Origin: Somniosus microcephalus
Taxonomy: Eukaryota
DNA length: 64,000 nucleotides
Direction of reading: 5' to 3'
NCBI GenBank assembly: GCA_052327205.1
Contig: CM126234.1
Coordinates: 28,520,001 to 28,584,000 of the forward strand
In this document: positions 13,174 through 26,340 of the stretch, in pieces
Layout of the letters: each line of letters opens with the position of its first letter
Position numbering within the stretch: position 1 is the first letter of the stretch
Notes under the pieces: model-generated
Database searches by the model: none
Told to the model about the DNA's origin: nothing
The model's input: the letters and a program-made list of their open reading frames with translations, nothing else
Position numbers and translations under genes: made by a program

Positions 13174-13845
13174 GGCCTAGAAATTCGGTGGCGCCCAGCT
13201 CGCCGGAAGTTCCGCCCCGGAAGGAGCTGATTGCGCCAGCGCGATATTCAGTTTCAGCGCCCCAAATGGAAGCGGGGCGCTGCTCGAGGCGCCCCGCGTC
13301 CCTCTTGGGGCGCTGAAACTGAATATCGCAGCACAACGTGCCGCAGCGCCACACGCTGCGGCACGGCAGGCCTTCCTCCCCTTCTTAAAGGGGAGGGGCC
13401 TGCACCAGCGCGATCAGAGATCGAGAGTGCCGGCAAAAGAGCCCGGCACCGAGGAGAGGTGCCGGGCTCTTGGGACACAGCCGGCACTGCCCGGGGGGCT
13501 CAGGAGGCCGGCGCGAGGAGGTGCTGGCAGGTGGCCAGCAAAAAAAATGGCCGCCCCGCACCTCCCCTTTAATTAGCGCCACTACCGCCGCAGGTCGGCC
13601 CCCCTGAACTGGTCACAGATTGCGACCAGCGTTACAGCGGGGGGGCGCGACCCAATATTGCGATTGGGGCGGTAGCGGGGCGCTGCGCACACCGATGACG
13701 TCATCGGTGGTGGCGCAGCGCTACAGGCCAACGCCGCCATTAGCGCCCCGCTAAATTTCACGGGGGGCGTGGCCAGTGGCGCTAAAGCCACTAAGTGCCC
13801 TCTTTGGGCGCTATCTGGTGGCGCAGCCCACCGAATTTCTAGGCC
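13174..13845. mobile_element. Young GC-rich MITE, 672 bp, perfect 18-bp TIRs, apparent 3-bp TSD CAT (PIF/Harbinger-like by TSD length)
   Basis: cat|ggcctagaaattcggtgg ... ccaccgaatttctaggcc|cat. CpG-rich, non-coding. Superfamily assignment is inference. Confidence 0.85.
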
Positions 13846-14334
13846 CATGTGTTTAAGCCCAACACAAGAACTTTCAAGGCTCTCTCTTAATCTGATATTA
13901 AATAAAAAATGCATAAAAAGAAAATGGAGCTCAACACCCAAACAAAAAGAAAATTCTACGACAAAAATGAAGCTTTTACTTCTTAAAAGGTTACTAAGCA
14001 TTTGCAACTTTGTTGAAAGTCCACACACACACACACCCCCCAAGAGCCAGAATTCTGCATAAAACTGTAAAGCAAAACCAAGACTTTATGCGGCCAGATC
14101 ACCATGGTGGATTATGCAGAATGCACTGGATCCAGTACAATCAACTGCATCATCCAGTTTGCTCCTTGTAGGGTTGAGTTCCCCCTTAATTTAGTTGCAA
14201 ATATAGGAAAACATTTAAATTGCCGAGGGGAAAAGCATTGGTCAGGACTAAGACATGGAAAAACACAGTTGTACAATAACCTAACCCTCCACTGTCCTTT
14301 TGGGACATTAAAAAAAAAACACAGAAGCTCTTAC

Positions 14335-14466
14335 CCACAAATTTCTGCGGAGTAGATCTTTTTCGCTTTGCAATGCTGTTAGCAAGCCTATCTATAAAAG
14401 AAGGCCTGTCAGGGGCTGGCTGAAGGATATGGTCAGGCATCACATCCATGTCACGGCTCTCCTCCC
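14335..14466 (-). CDS. IKZF4: IKZF4/Eos coding exon (132 nt; 135 nt if the upstream CAG is used) GEESRDMDVMPDHILQPAPDRPSFIDRLANSIAKRKRSTPQKFV
   Basis: Acceptor tctcatcagcag|GG, donor GTGG|gtaaga. KRKRSTPQKFVG is the Eos form (other paralogues have KRKSSMPQKF). Confidence 0.94.
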
Positions 14467-17400
14467 CTGCTGATGAGAGAAAGCACCCTAAAATCTGGTG
14501 ATCAACTGATGCACATTGTACAGGCAGCATTGGGAATAACAATGGAACTTGCTTCGAACCAGCTTTAGCGATCATTTTATACCGCACAACCGTTTAAATT
14601 CTTGTTAACCAATTCCACTTTGGCAACAAAAATAATCAGAGCTCCAATACACTTTACGAGGCATTTTGCGCATTTGCGCCACAATTAAAGAGACCGACAA
14701 ACTGTCGGCAATTCCATAGTTTTGCCAGCTCTTAATTGTAATTTTCCGGAAGGTGGCGTACAAGCAGAATGCATTTTAGTTTTTTTTTATATAAAAGAGC
14801 ACGGTGCAGTATACGAGATGTGCAGCTTGAACCCTAGCCCACATTGAGTGCACTCACAGCATTCACTCCATGTGGCGTGCATTCTCAATGCAGTTACAGG
14901 TCATCGATTTACCCTGTTTGAGCAGCGCCATGTCTTTAACTAGGTCCTATGTGAAAGGAGTTTGGACAGCCTCAACCCAGTTTCAAGTAGCCATAGGCCC
15001 ACAGCACAAAATTGCCCCTAATTCGACATTTATTGGCAATCTCAAACAGGCCATAATAATTGCTGGTGTGGAAAGTGGAAACATTCTCACAGGTGATGCT
15101 GAAGCACTAAAGGAACAGAACAGGCTTACCCGGGTGTGCTCGATACCGATACTGGGTGACTAAAGTGGAAAAAGTGCTCCACTCCCCAGCACGGACATCT
15201 TTCACCTTGATGAGAACTAAATTCATTTGAAACAGTTCAACAAAAATAAAAAGTTTATGGAGGTTGAACAAATGAGGAGAAACCTTTGTTCGCACCAAGT
15301 GTTTAAAAACAAATTTTACACAGTCACTATTGAGGACATTCAATTGCCACCAAGGTTCAAAAGGTAAAGGAAGAACATGAAAAGATTAGAACACCTGATC
15401 CCTATTGCTAACACATTAACGCTCCTTCACCACTGACCTCCCCAAGGCCTTCCCAGTTTCCTACAAAGCTGTGAATAAGACAATAGCTGCAAATTTGCAT
15501 TGGTCATTAGAATTTTGCAGTTGTAGTATTAATACCGTAGTTTGTTCCATTAAAAATACAGAGTTTGGCTCTCCCAACAGTTCAGTGATGAGCTGACTTG
15601 GGTCCCAGGCTCGATTCCTGGTTTGGAGGGGCTGTCACAGCTGGGGGTGGAAAGAGAGAAAGAGACAGCCAGGGTTCCTGCTCCTAAATCACAATCCCCG
15701 TCTTGACTCTCACAAATAGCAGCCAACTGGCCAGCACCCGTAGAAAAGTACTCCAGCAAGGAGTCAATCCCTTCAGTAGTAGTAGATTAGGGGAAAAGCA
15801 AGAAAATTGGCAGAAGGGGGGGGGGGGGGGGGGGGGGAAAACTATATTCGATACTAGATTTAAACTTCATTGTAAACCAGAAGGCCAGCTTTCAGGTAGT
15901 AAACAGATTTCTTAATTTCAGTCTTTGGCTGTTAACTTAGTACTGTGTGAACAAAACCAGTAATGTATTAAATATTAGTAATGGAAGATCTGCTCCAAAG
16001 TCTTCAACATGGTTATAGTGTAAAACATATATTTAAGACAAACACAGCTACTGGACCTAGTTAACGGCAGGTATTTTTCGATAGAGTTGCTGCGATGTTC
16101 AGTATGCTCTCCATTTTGGTACTACTGGTGGGTTGATCCCAATTTTCATTCGATTTCCCCCCTCCACCCAACCTCTCCTGAAGTCACTGACTCATGCTGG
16201 GATACGGTGGGCATCCTATGCAGGTACTGGAGGGCTTGCTCTCGCTCTTCATTAAAGAAAATATTTCATGCAGAAATCTCATGCACATTTCAAAGACAAA
16301 AACCCAGCATGTAATTCAAGTATGTTGACAAAGGCAGCCCGCCAGTACCTCAGCCAAGTGGCCATTCTTCATGCATAAGCCTAGATTGAATGTCAGTAGG
16401 GTATATGACCGTCCTCATCCTATATCCACACACAGTATTTTGTTGTCGAGACCACTGGATAGCAATCAGAAGCAGGAACCATGACTGATATTTCCGCTCC
16501 CTAAACGGGTGGCTGAGGCCAATTTTAGCAGCCAACTGCCTTTTATCTTCTATACTAGCTATCTGGTACCTGACTATCAGTAGTACTATAATCTACAACA
16601 TCACATCAGTGTATTTTATTAAATTATGTTGCGAGCTGGACTGCATTTCATAGTGAAAGATTTAAGCTGTACCATTAGGTGCAAATATTGAATTATATTT
16701 GAGAGTCAGCTGGAGCGAGACACATGCATTTTCTTTGGCTTTGTGGCTTTAGGCATACATAAAACCAAAGTTTAAAACGTACAGTGGTCAGGAGAGTGGT
16801 TAATGGTCGGCTGCAAAAGTGCCACCAGTCAGTAGGGATGTGAACCCAACCACTTGAACCCTACCTGGAAAGAAGAAAGCTTTAACACACCTACTTCTGA
16901 AAGGTCTGCAATTTTAGAGCTGGTAGACAGCAAACAAGTGGTGACCTGAATCCATGAAAACTAGCGATATAAAATTGAACTGCCTGATTGCACAGCAGTA
17001 CATAGAAACCAATCTCTAAGAGTGTACAGCAATCTCAAATTTTACATTTTTATCTGCAGAAATGGAGTTATCAATATTCTGACATCGTCATTAGTAAGGG
17101 TCAGTAGATACAAACTTCACGAAGAAAAATATACAAGAAAACTGGTGTGAACCATCAAAGTGACAGCGACAGGAATCTTGGTAAAACTCTACTCGTTCAC
17201 TATAATACGCTATTTAGCAGATTCCCAAACACCACATTATTGCGAGAGTTCACTATATTAACAGCAGAATTGAACCAGTTTACAGACTGCATTTATTAAT
17301 ACTGGAAATGAGATACTAAATCTACTGCATAAATAGTTGTGAACTTGCATTGATGGAAGCACAACAGCCCACAAATTACTGTTTGTGACATGAGCATACA

Positions 17401-17479
17401 AGACAAAATTAAATGCTTAATTTAAAAACAGCATACAAAAGGAATATCACATTAACTCATTAAGCTTTTGTATATTTAA

Positions 17480-17788
17480 AAAAAATGTGTCCTGGTGATG
17501 TTGGCAACACTGGCAAGGCAGCATTTCTTGCCCAGCCATAGAAGACATCAAGGGTCAACCATGTAATGGGGGAATGGAGTTAGGCATAGACCAGACCGGG
17601 TAGGGGTGGCAGGCCCCTCCCCGAAGGACATCAGTGAACCAGTTGGGTTTTTACAACAATCTGGTCATTTTTTTCTGGTGCCAGCTCACAATTTACGGAA
17701 TTCATTTTCACAAAATGCCATGGTGGGATTTGAAGTCATCACCTTGGTTACTCGTCAGAGCCATAACCACTACACTACCGTAACCCCC
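17480..17788 (-). mobile_element. tRNA-derived SINE with LINE-derived tail (approximate)
   Basis: Minus-strand head ggggttacggtagtgtagtggttatg (A box) ...ttcaaatcccaccatggca (B box). Tail similar to the LINE 3' end at 27240-27305. Confidence 0.65.
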
Positions 17789-19477
17789 AGATAATATTGC
17801 AAACAGTAATTTCTAGGCTGATGTATAGTATTGTTTGGTGTATTCAACCACACAGAGCATAACCTTTTATAGTTCATCAAAACAATTACTTATGCAGTGT
17901 CACACTTCGCCATTTATGGTCTCGCCTCTTCCTTGTAGCACCAGCCACGCCCCACTCCCTGATTCAGAGGGTGGTGGATAAGTTAACATGCTCCCAAGTC
18001 TCGAGAGATACAAGCGGCCCAGAGTGGCATTCATTTTTCTGTTCCTGTGAGAAATGCCTAGCCTCTTGACAGAGACTCCTCCAACATTGCTGAAATCAGG
18101 AATGCCTCAATATGGGAGTCACAGGCAAAGAAAAATGACCTACCTTGTACAGTCTTTGCAGGGTAGCATCCCTCACACACCAGAGGGACTTGTCCAATCT
18201 GGATTGGTCCTGGAAATCACACTTTCTTTGATCGTGACATCATTGAGAGCACCCCTCATGTGACATCCTGCTCCCACGCTGTGCAAAAGTTCCAGGATCT
18301 GTGCAATAACTCGGTTCTTTTTGATCTATGGTAACCTAAAAATGATTCCCCATAAAATTCCCCAACCATAAAAACAAAAATAATGGAGAGGGGATGGTGG
18401 TGTACAAGGAATGCTGTAACTCAAAGAATGATGAAGTAAGATTACCTTGTAGGGGCTTCATCATTCAGGCGCCCCTCACACACCACAGGAGTTACACAGT
18501 ACAGTACCACCAACTGAGGAGGGAGAAAGGCCCTAACTCTATGCTACAAGCTCTGCTGCCAAACAGAGTGGAGAAAAACCTGAATGTTGGCCAAATTTCA
18601 ACAGTAATGTCTGGTAAACGTGCAAGAAGTCCACATAGCTACCTTACAGACACTGTCAAAGGAAACCTGATTAAGAAAAGCCCGGGAAGTAACACTGGTT
18701 TACAATTAAGAAGCTTAAAATCATGTGTTTGAAGAAGTTTCAATAATGGGTCCATCAGCTCATTAAGGACTACTTTAACATCCCGATCAGGAACAAGGGG
18801 CAGTACTTTAGACCCAGCTCAAAACAATGCAGATATTCAGGATCATGAACCTCACGTGGTAGAGAGGATAAAACTAGCCGATTTAAACTCAATCAAATTA
18901 AATCCAACCTGGACATTCTATCCATACATACTGTGACCCATCCTCGCATTATCAGATTGGAGCCACTGCTCTGAAACACATCCCTGTTAAAATGTTGTTC
19001 TGTTCTGTGTCGGGGCCCCGGTACCTCGGATGTGCATCAGACATTGGCCACACTGCTCCCAATATGCCCCCTTGCTGACACATTCCAACAACCTTTCCAG
19101 ACAATTGTTGCGTGAATTCACGACTGGAGGATCAGGTAGCACAACGGTTTAACATGCCGTTTGTTAACTGGACTATTGGGCAGCTCCTGGACCTTTATAG
19201 AGTTTTTTTTTATTTTTTAAATATACACAGGGAGGGGTTGTCACTCGAGAGGTGACCCTGATGATGCCATTAAAAAACAAAATGATCCCCCAGAACCATT
19301 CTATAGAACCCAAATCAAGATTGGACAAGTTCCTGTGGTGTGTGAATGATACCTGAATTACAAAACACACAGTTTCAAACATTAAATACACAGCAATGTA
19401 TCGGAGTAATGGGCAGTCCCAAGGTAAAGCTCTTGCTGACCAGATAACTATGCAACACTACAATTATTATGAGGATA

Positions 19478-19600
19478 TGCCACTGCTGGTTACAGGTCTC
19501 ACTATCCTTGGCTAACTGTGGCACTGCTAGGTATAGTCCTTGCTGCCCCAGGCTAACTGTGGCACTGCTGGTTACAGACCTTGCTGAGTAGATGGCTGTG
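19478..19600. repeat. Degenerate tandem repeat, about 3 x 41 bp, overlapping the ZF4 exon donor
   Basis: Units gccactgctggttacaggtctcactatccttggctaactgtg / gcactgctaggtatagtccttgctgccccaggctaactgtg / gcactgctggttacagaccttgctgagtagatggctgtg. Confidence 0.8.
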
Positions 19601-19729
19601 GGGGCTCAGCATTCAGACTCTGCAGGTAGTTGTGACAGCGTTCCTTGTGCTCCTCCAGCGAACTCTGCTGCTTGTAACTCCGCCCACAGTAATTACATTT
19701 ATAAGGTTTGCCGACAGTGGGAGAGGAGA
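19580..19729 (-). CDS. IKZF4: IKZF4/Eos coding exon (150 nt) with zinc finger 4 ([50 protein letters not shown])
   Basis: Not in the ORF track; read by hand. Acceptor tctctttctag|TC, donor CAAG|gtctgt, phase 1-1. The VSSPT linker before ZF4 is characteristic of Eos. Confidence 0.95.
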
Positions 19730-20509
19730 CTAGAAAGAGACACAAAATTAGCAGATAAGCATTAGGTCGTGTAAGAAGTCAGATTTCAAATCTATGATGC
19801 CGCATTGAATTGGGCACAATATATGAAATGAAAACAGAAAATGCTGGAAATATGCAACAGTTCAACAGTATCGGAGAAGAGACAGATTAACATTCCAAGC
19901 AGAAACCCTTCATCATTTCCTTTTTCCCCCCAGATTTCTAGCATTTTCAGTTTTTCATCTCATCTCAGACAACATTTTCAGTTCCAGCCCATCACCCTAA
20001 TACAGCCCCCTCAAGTCACAAGATTCAGATATGCACATCACAGGAATAGAAAAGGTGCCAGCTTCTTTCTTCACGGCGCTGACATTTCACAGGCTACTAA
20101 TGAGCAGCGTGTCAGAACAATTGATATTTTATAGAATTGTAATGCATGCGCATGGAAAACCACGTAGGAGCACCAAAGTAATTCAATGTGAAAAGCTGCA
20201 TCTCTGCAAATTAAAGTGACTTTTAATCCCTGTGCACAGTAACACAATGGACACCCCCTAAGATTCAAAATACACAAGGCTCTGATCTCGAGAAGTGTTT
20301 GCAATAAGTGGGAACAGACATGGGTTTGACAGCATCCTTTCCAAGACTGAAACAGGCAATGGTGAAATGGAACAGAATCTGGGGGCAACAGTATATTCAA
20401 CACTTAACATGTCAAAATACTGTCGAGCAGCAAAAAGTAGGTAGAATACATAATTATGTTACTAGGTCAGTTGAGTACAAGGCAGAAGACGTTATATCTT
20501 CAGAGAGAT

Positions 20510-21200
20510 CGAGGAGGACGAGGAGAGATAATGCACCATGGTCACAGTCACAGAGGATATTATTTGGGACTTTGATTAGGGCTGTTTCAGTGCTGTGGCA
20601 AGGGCAGAAACCGGATTGAGAAATTCAAACATGGAGTTGTGAGAAAGATGGGCACGAATTTGGGAGGAGACATCACGTACAAGAACTTAAGAGGATAGGG
20701 AGGTTGGAGATTGAGCGGTAGTTTGCAAGGACTGAGGCAGTCAAGGGTAGGTGAGGGGGGGGGGGCGGTGGTGATGACAGCGATTTTGAAAGGGAGAGAA
20801 ACAGAGTACCTGAAAAAAAGGGAACCATTTAAATGTCAGCTAGCAGGGGAGCCAGGAAGGGAAGTTGAGCATCAGCAATTTAGTGGCAATGGGGTTAAGG
20901 GAGCAGGAGGTTGGTCTTATGGACAAGTTAGGCTTGGAGAGGTCATGAGAGGAGTTAGGAAAGAAACTAAAGAAGGATGCAGGATCGGGGCTAGGGTTTG
21001 GCTTGGTAGGGAAGGGGAAGCAGCAGAGGCAGCTGCACAGATGGTCTCAATCTAAGTGGCAAAGATGTCAATGAGTTCCTTGCACTTGTTGGAGGTGAGG
21101 GGTGAAGAGTTTAAGGAGATGGGTGGTAGTGGAGAAGAGAAGCCGTAGATTAGCCCGGATGATCCTGGAGTAGTGGGCGATTGATGTGGTCCAGCTAGAT
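20510..21200 (-). mobile_element. Old L2-type LINE internal fragment (approximate)
   Basis: Purine-rich plus strand with motifs typical of reverse-complemented L2 ORF2; no intact frame. Confidence 0.5.
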
Positions 21201-24200
21201 AAATGATGGATGGCTAAACTGTTTTTTCACCAGATACCGACAGGTTCATATCAGACTGGTCAACTTTTTCCTACCCACAGAAGCTGTGTTAATCATTGTA
21301 TGGCTTATCCATCATTGCCACTATCCTTTGATGCCAATTTTTTAACAAATTGATGTTAACCTTTCAGTCATTGAAAGCAGCAGCTCATATCAAAATGAAA
21401 AGTTAAGTAGAAAAACATGTGAGGCACAAACATTATTTAAGGAGATGCTTGCCATTTGTACACCTGCCGTGCAAGGTGCACCATACCCAATATATTTCCA
21501 AAGGAACACCAATCCCTCGGTTACTAACAGCCAACCTGCTTTCAATAACCACCAAAACTACTCTTCCTACCTTCAAATATTGGTTCAATTGCTGTGGTAG
21601 GTAAACTGCTTACCTCACACCAACACAAAAAGAAACATGTACACTAACCATCCATCGATAGCTGCATCTGAGCTACAGCAAGCAGATAAAAGTTATTTCT
21701 TTTTGCTATTCCCTGTATAATTATGTTGCCTTCAATTTCCCGAATCCTTACGCACCAGTTTGATTTACCACTGTATACCACAAATGTCCCAATTCTTCCC
21801 ACTGCACACACCTACTATCCAATCAAGAGCACTGTAGCACAAAGAGGAATCAATAGGATATGGTTAAAATGTTGATGCACTTCCATCCAAAACGGCTGAG
21901 CAACCCACTGAAAGCTGCTGATTCCCCCTCCCCCCCCCCCCTTATATTACAGGGTTATCTCCGACAGCAAAAAGTGCCATTGAAGACAACCTCATGCTCT
22001 CACTGTAACATCATAATCTTCTGAGAACAGTAGTTTTTCATTTGGTGCCTCCAACCACTGGATGCTGGCAAATGCAAACAAACAGCCACCAGCAGCACCG
22101 AGGTTGACTGTGGCTGTGGGAAGGCCAGCTTCTCAGGATGTTCACTGAAGCCAGCTTTGCAGTTTCCACTATCTGGTTGGTACAAGTCTTCCCAACATCA
22201 GGGATGGACTGGCAAAATCATGATTGTGAATTTGCAGCAACTGCACATGCACCGTGAACAAATACTATAACTGGAAAAGGTTCAGCAATATAAAAGGTGG
22301 CGTGGGAGCTACTGGCTGCTCTGGTTCAATCACATTCTCGTATCTTCTACAATAATTGTTCTTTTTCAATTAAGAATCAGGGAGTGCCCAGTTGTGCAGT
22401 CAAGGGAAACTGCCGAGTAAAAGCCGACAGCGTCGGGGAGAGTTGCAGTGTAATATCGGCTGCGCGAGATTATTTTTAAAACAAAGAGTCATTGTGGGGC
22501 TCGCACACCTCGCTCTTGGCTAGAGAATTTTAAACTCCTGCCTCACAGCTAACTTATGCTGCATGTACATTGTTGATCCACTTCAGGGAATGCTTCTATA
22601 ATGCAGTTGCCGTTCCTGGTGATGTAGATACTGTGAAATATATATTTCAGGCCAGTTTCTACAGTGTTAGATCCAGATTTAAACAACCACATAGGCACTC
22701 ATTTTAAAGTTTTAATCTCAACAAGCTTTGTCTTTTGGGGGGCGGGGAGGGAGTTGGGAAGAGAAGTTAACAACTTTAATGAGCACAGTTGTTCATCTTT
22801 CTTCTGCTTGATCGCTAAGGTTTGTCACTGTTCATGTGGGCTCTGTCACAACCCGCTCAAAGGCACCCATTCAAAATAGAACGCCAATTTTTGGGAAGTG
22901 GTTAATTTTTGTGTTTTTTAAAAAATTCTTCTATTCAGAGCAGAAATTCTTTGGACAATTCACTCTTGCACGCTATCTTGCCTGTGTTTTTAAAATCATG
23001 CTCCCGACCCAACCACGGTTTTCACTTCAAGTTTATACTTTGTTTCCCTAGGTAAGTTCCAGTTTAGATTTGCAGTCTCCTGCAATTATCCTTATCTTAG
23101 CGAGAGAAACAAAACTCAATTACATACACGTACGACAGACTGAACAGATAGTAAATCCAGATGTGTTTAGAAACACAACCTTCCCCTCCCCCAATGTGGT
23201 GCAGCATGTTCAGCCTCCAAGCAATATATACTAGTCCAATTCGTTCATCCCATTGAGTCTCCAGTCTCGGAGACATCAAGCTGGACTAGGACGAAAGTAG
23301 AGGGATTTATTCCTCTTTCTCTCTCCACTTCCCTTCCCTCCATGGAGCAGAAACAATGCTGGAAATACATCAGGTCCATCAGTCTCTGAAAAAAGAGCCG
23401 AGCTAGATAATGCCTTTCCACTGTAGGCCCCTTTGTCAGTTGTGTACCCCAGCATTTTGGGTGTTTATTTCAGATTTCCAGCATTTGGATTTCCCCCCCT
23501 ATAATGAGCAAACTTTTAATTGTCATAAAGCAATTCAATTAAATTTTAACATGGGGATTACTGTGCAAGTTGATTACCGGTGAAAAGGAATGACTATTTT
23601 CAAACCAGATCATATGAAGTGACATCCATAAAAAGATTATGACATTTTTAATGTGGATTCCAAAAGAGAGATAAATTTGTAAAATGACAGATCATTTAAC
23701 TTGTAGTACTTTCTTGTTTTGACACTGTACAGTACTCCTACCACAGCCCACAGAAGGGTACAGGCATGTCTGCAAAGTGCTAGTTTCTTGACGTGTTCCA
23801 AGTGGTCAAAAAGACTAAAGTCAGGATTTAAAGGCATTTTCAGTTCAGTCCAGAAGACTGACATTTCATTGAAGTGAAGTGAAGTCGATGCATTGTGGAA
23901 ATTTCAGCCAAAAGATTCCGCGTGGAGCTCATCTGCCACCTGGCATTCACAAAATAGCGGTTTAGTTTCCAAATTCCCTGATCTAGCTGGCTCAAACTCC
24001 TGCCCACCATTCTCTCTCTGGGTCAGTTGGAATGACTGGCACAAGACTCTTCACACGGTGCCCGAGAAATGGGCCAGTCTGTTGGTGGGTGAGAACATGT
24101 AGCTGCTGCCTGTTCAGCCCATCCACATCCAGACAGTGGTCCTAGCAGAGTGGCAGGAATGGCACTTCATCAGTTTTATTTAGAAAATGTTATTTCAATA

Positions 24201-24453
24201 CTACTGGCTCGATCAAATCAAGAAATCTAGCACCTCTTAAAGAAAAACACACTTTGCATTCCATGCTGTATCAACACTGAATTTAACTTTTAGATCTTCC
24301 AATACAATGTACATTAAGTCACTCTCCTGATGAGTTTATCCAGTGAGTAACAACCAGACAAAGCAGGAAGGTCCAAAGTCCGGTTCCCAGTCTGTTAAAT
24401 TAGCTGCTCTCAACCGGTAGGGGCACTACAGTTGGCCTCAATATACCTGGATA

Positions 24454-24799
24454 CAGGAAACTTTGGTTTATCCGGAGGTTGCATGTCCGGAAACCTCGAT
24501 CTAACGGCAGAAATCAGCAGCCGTTTTGGTTAGGTTTTTTTTCTTCTCCTAGCATTTTTTTTTTTTTTATAAAAACAGTCAGGCTCTGGAAAGCGTCTCT
24601 GTAGCTTAGCAACAGCTTCAGAGACGCTTCCAAGGTACGGGCCGAGTGTTTACAAGCTGTTGCTAAGCAACAGTGTTTGTTGTCAGATACGGAGATGAAA
24701 ACCTCCGTATCCTTCAACATTAGCGCTGGTCTATCCGGAAGTTTTGATAGATCGGCAGCAGCTCGGTCCCGTCGGTGCCAGATATCGCGAAGTTTCCTG
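24454..24799. mobile_element. Tc1/mariner (Tigger/pogo-like) MITE
   Basis: ta|caggaaactttggtttatccgg ... ccagatatcgcgaagtttcctg|ca. Imperfect TIRs beginning CAG, TA target (right copy reads CA), internal inverted repeats. Confidence 0.75.
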
Positions 24800-25679
24800 C
24801 ATATGGCTCAGCTAATCATTGCCTTTACCAGACAAACCATTCCAACAAAATGATAAGTCATCTCCAGGATGAGCATACCTGAACCCATCTTCCAGTGCAA
24901 CCACAAAATTCAGTCTTCATACACCATCGCTGTAAATCAAATCACCCGTCCACAACGACTCTGCATCAGCTCTCAACTCGTTGGAAGATATTCCAGTTTA
25001 ACTTTTGTCTGAATCTTCCGGTTTACACTCCTGAGCTTTCCAGCATTAAGGAGTTTCAACAGCATGCGTGTTCGCAACTTCTTGTTCTTCCAGGAGAACT
25101 GGTTACACTCATTGGGGCTGTTGCTATACACTCATTTTTAAGTGTATACATGCTACAGTTTCACATCAGCCACAGCAGATACAGCTGTAACCGCTCCATC
25201 ATGCTACAACAGTACAACAAGATTTCAATAGCTTGCGGTAGAAGCTGCTCTTTGCTTATTAAAATATAAGCTATACATACAGTAGAGCTCATTTTAATAA
25301 GCAAAGAACATATAAAAACTAGAGACCAATTTCTCCAATCCAGTGGCGTTAGGTTAGAGATGAGCAGAAATGCACAGCTGCAGCCTGCTCAGTCCATTCA
25401 CAGAAAACCTGCAGCAACAGTGTCACTTTACTTTGGGAGAAATTCTATCACAACACGAAACCGCTTCTTTGAAAGGACATTTTGGGAAAAGCTTTTGCAA
25501 AAGTTGTATTGCCTGCAAAGAATGGGAAATACACTCTGCAAATTACGATCTGGATCAAATCATTTGATGTTTCCAGGAGCTATCGCAAACTGTGAGGATA
25601 TTTGTCCCAAAAAAAGCAATGCTGCAGATCGACAAATTAGCGATGTTATGGGAGTAATCCCTGAAATCCACAACCAGAT

Positions 25680-26340
25680 TCCCCTCCCCTCTCCCCCTGT
25701 TGCAGTGGTGTGGCGAGAAAGAGAACAGGTTACTTAAGTGACCTCGGAAAACCTCAAGAAACCCAAATCCCTTTTTCCCCAGGCCAGGGCCACGTCTTCT
25801 CTGCCCCCCCTTCTACTGCGACCTTACTCTTCCTGCCCAGTGAGCCCATACCTTCTGCCATTCCTCCTGCCAGTCCTCACTGCTCCCACTCCCGTGTCAA
25901 GGATGCATACCCCCACCATTGCTGACCTAAGAAAACTCCCATTACTGCACTTTGGTCACTAGCACCCCACCGATGCTCTCCCACACCCTGCCACTGCCAT
26001 CCCAGTGCTCCCACACCCCAAGCCCCCGTCCCCTCCCAGGAGACACCGACATCCCAGAGCCCTTTTCTCCCACACACCAGGACGCCACCCAGTGCTGCCA
26101 TATCACAACACAGCTCTCCCACTCCCTGGTATCCCCTTCCCAGTGCCCCTAAATCCCATGACTGCCCTTCCCTGCGCTCCCACATCCTGCAAAACCTTTG
26201 CCAGTTTACCAAGACCCTTGTCAATGCTCCCACATCCCATCACCCACTCCAAAACCCCAGGATCACCCTTCCAAGACTACCAACCAACCCCATGTCTGCC
26301 ACAGGCAATTCCTACAACCGACCTCCAGTGACCAGCAACA
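25680..26340. repeat. C-rich low-complexity tract (G-rich on the IKZF4 sense strand)
   Basis: Dense CCC/CCCA/CTCCC runs over about 650 bp; the overlapping Pro-rich or Gly-rich ORFs are compositional. Confidence 0.65.

Noticed and set aside
13163-14062. Overlapping GC-rich ORFs, or a CpG-island promoter
   Set aside because: The GC-rich part lies within a TIR-bounded MITE; the ORFs reflect GC content and internal symmetry.
18144-18335. 192-nt exon-like segment (tttttag|GT...AAG|gtaggt) on the minus strand
   Set aside because: In-frame TGA in the required phase, short pyrimidine tract and no other support; indistinguishable from a cryptic exon without RNA data.
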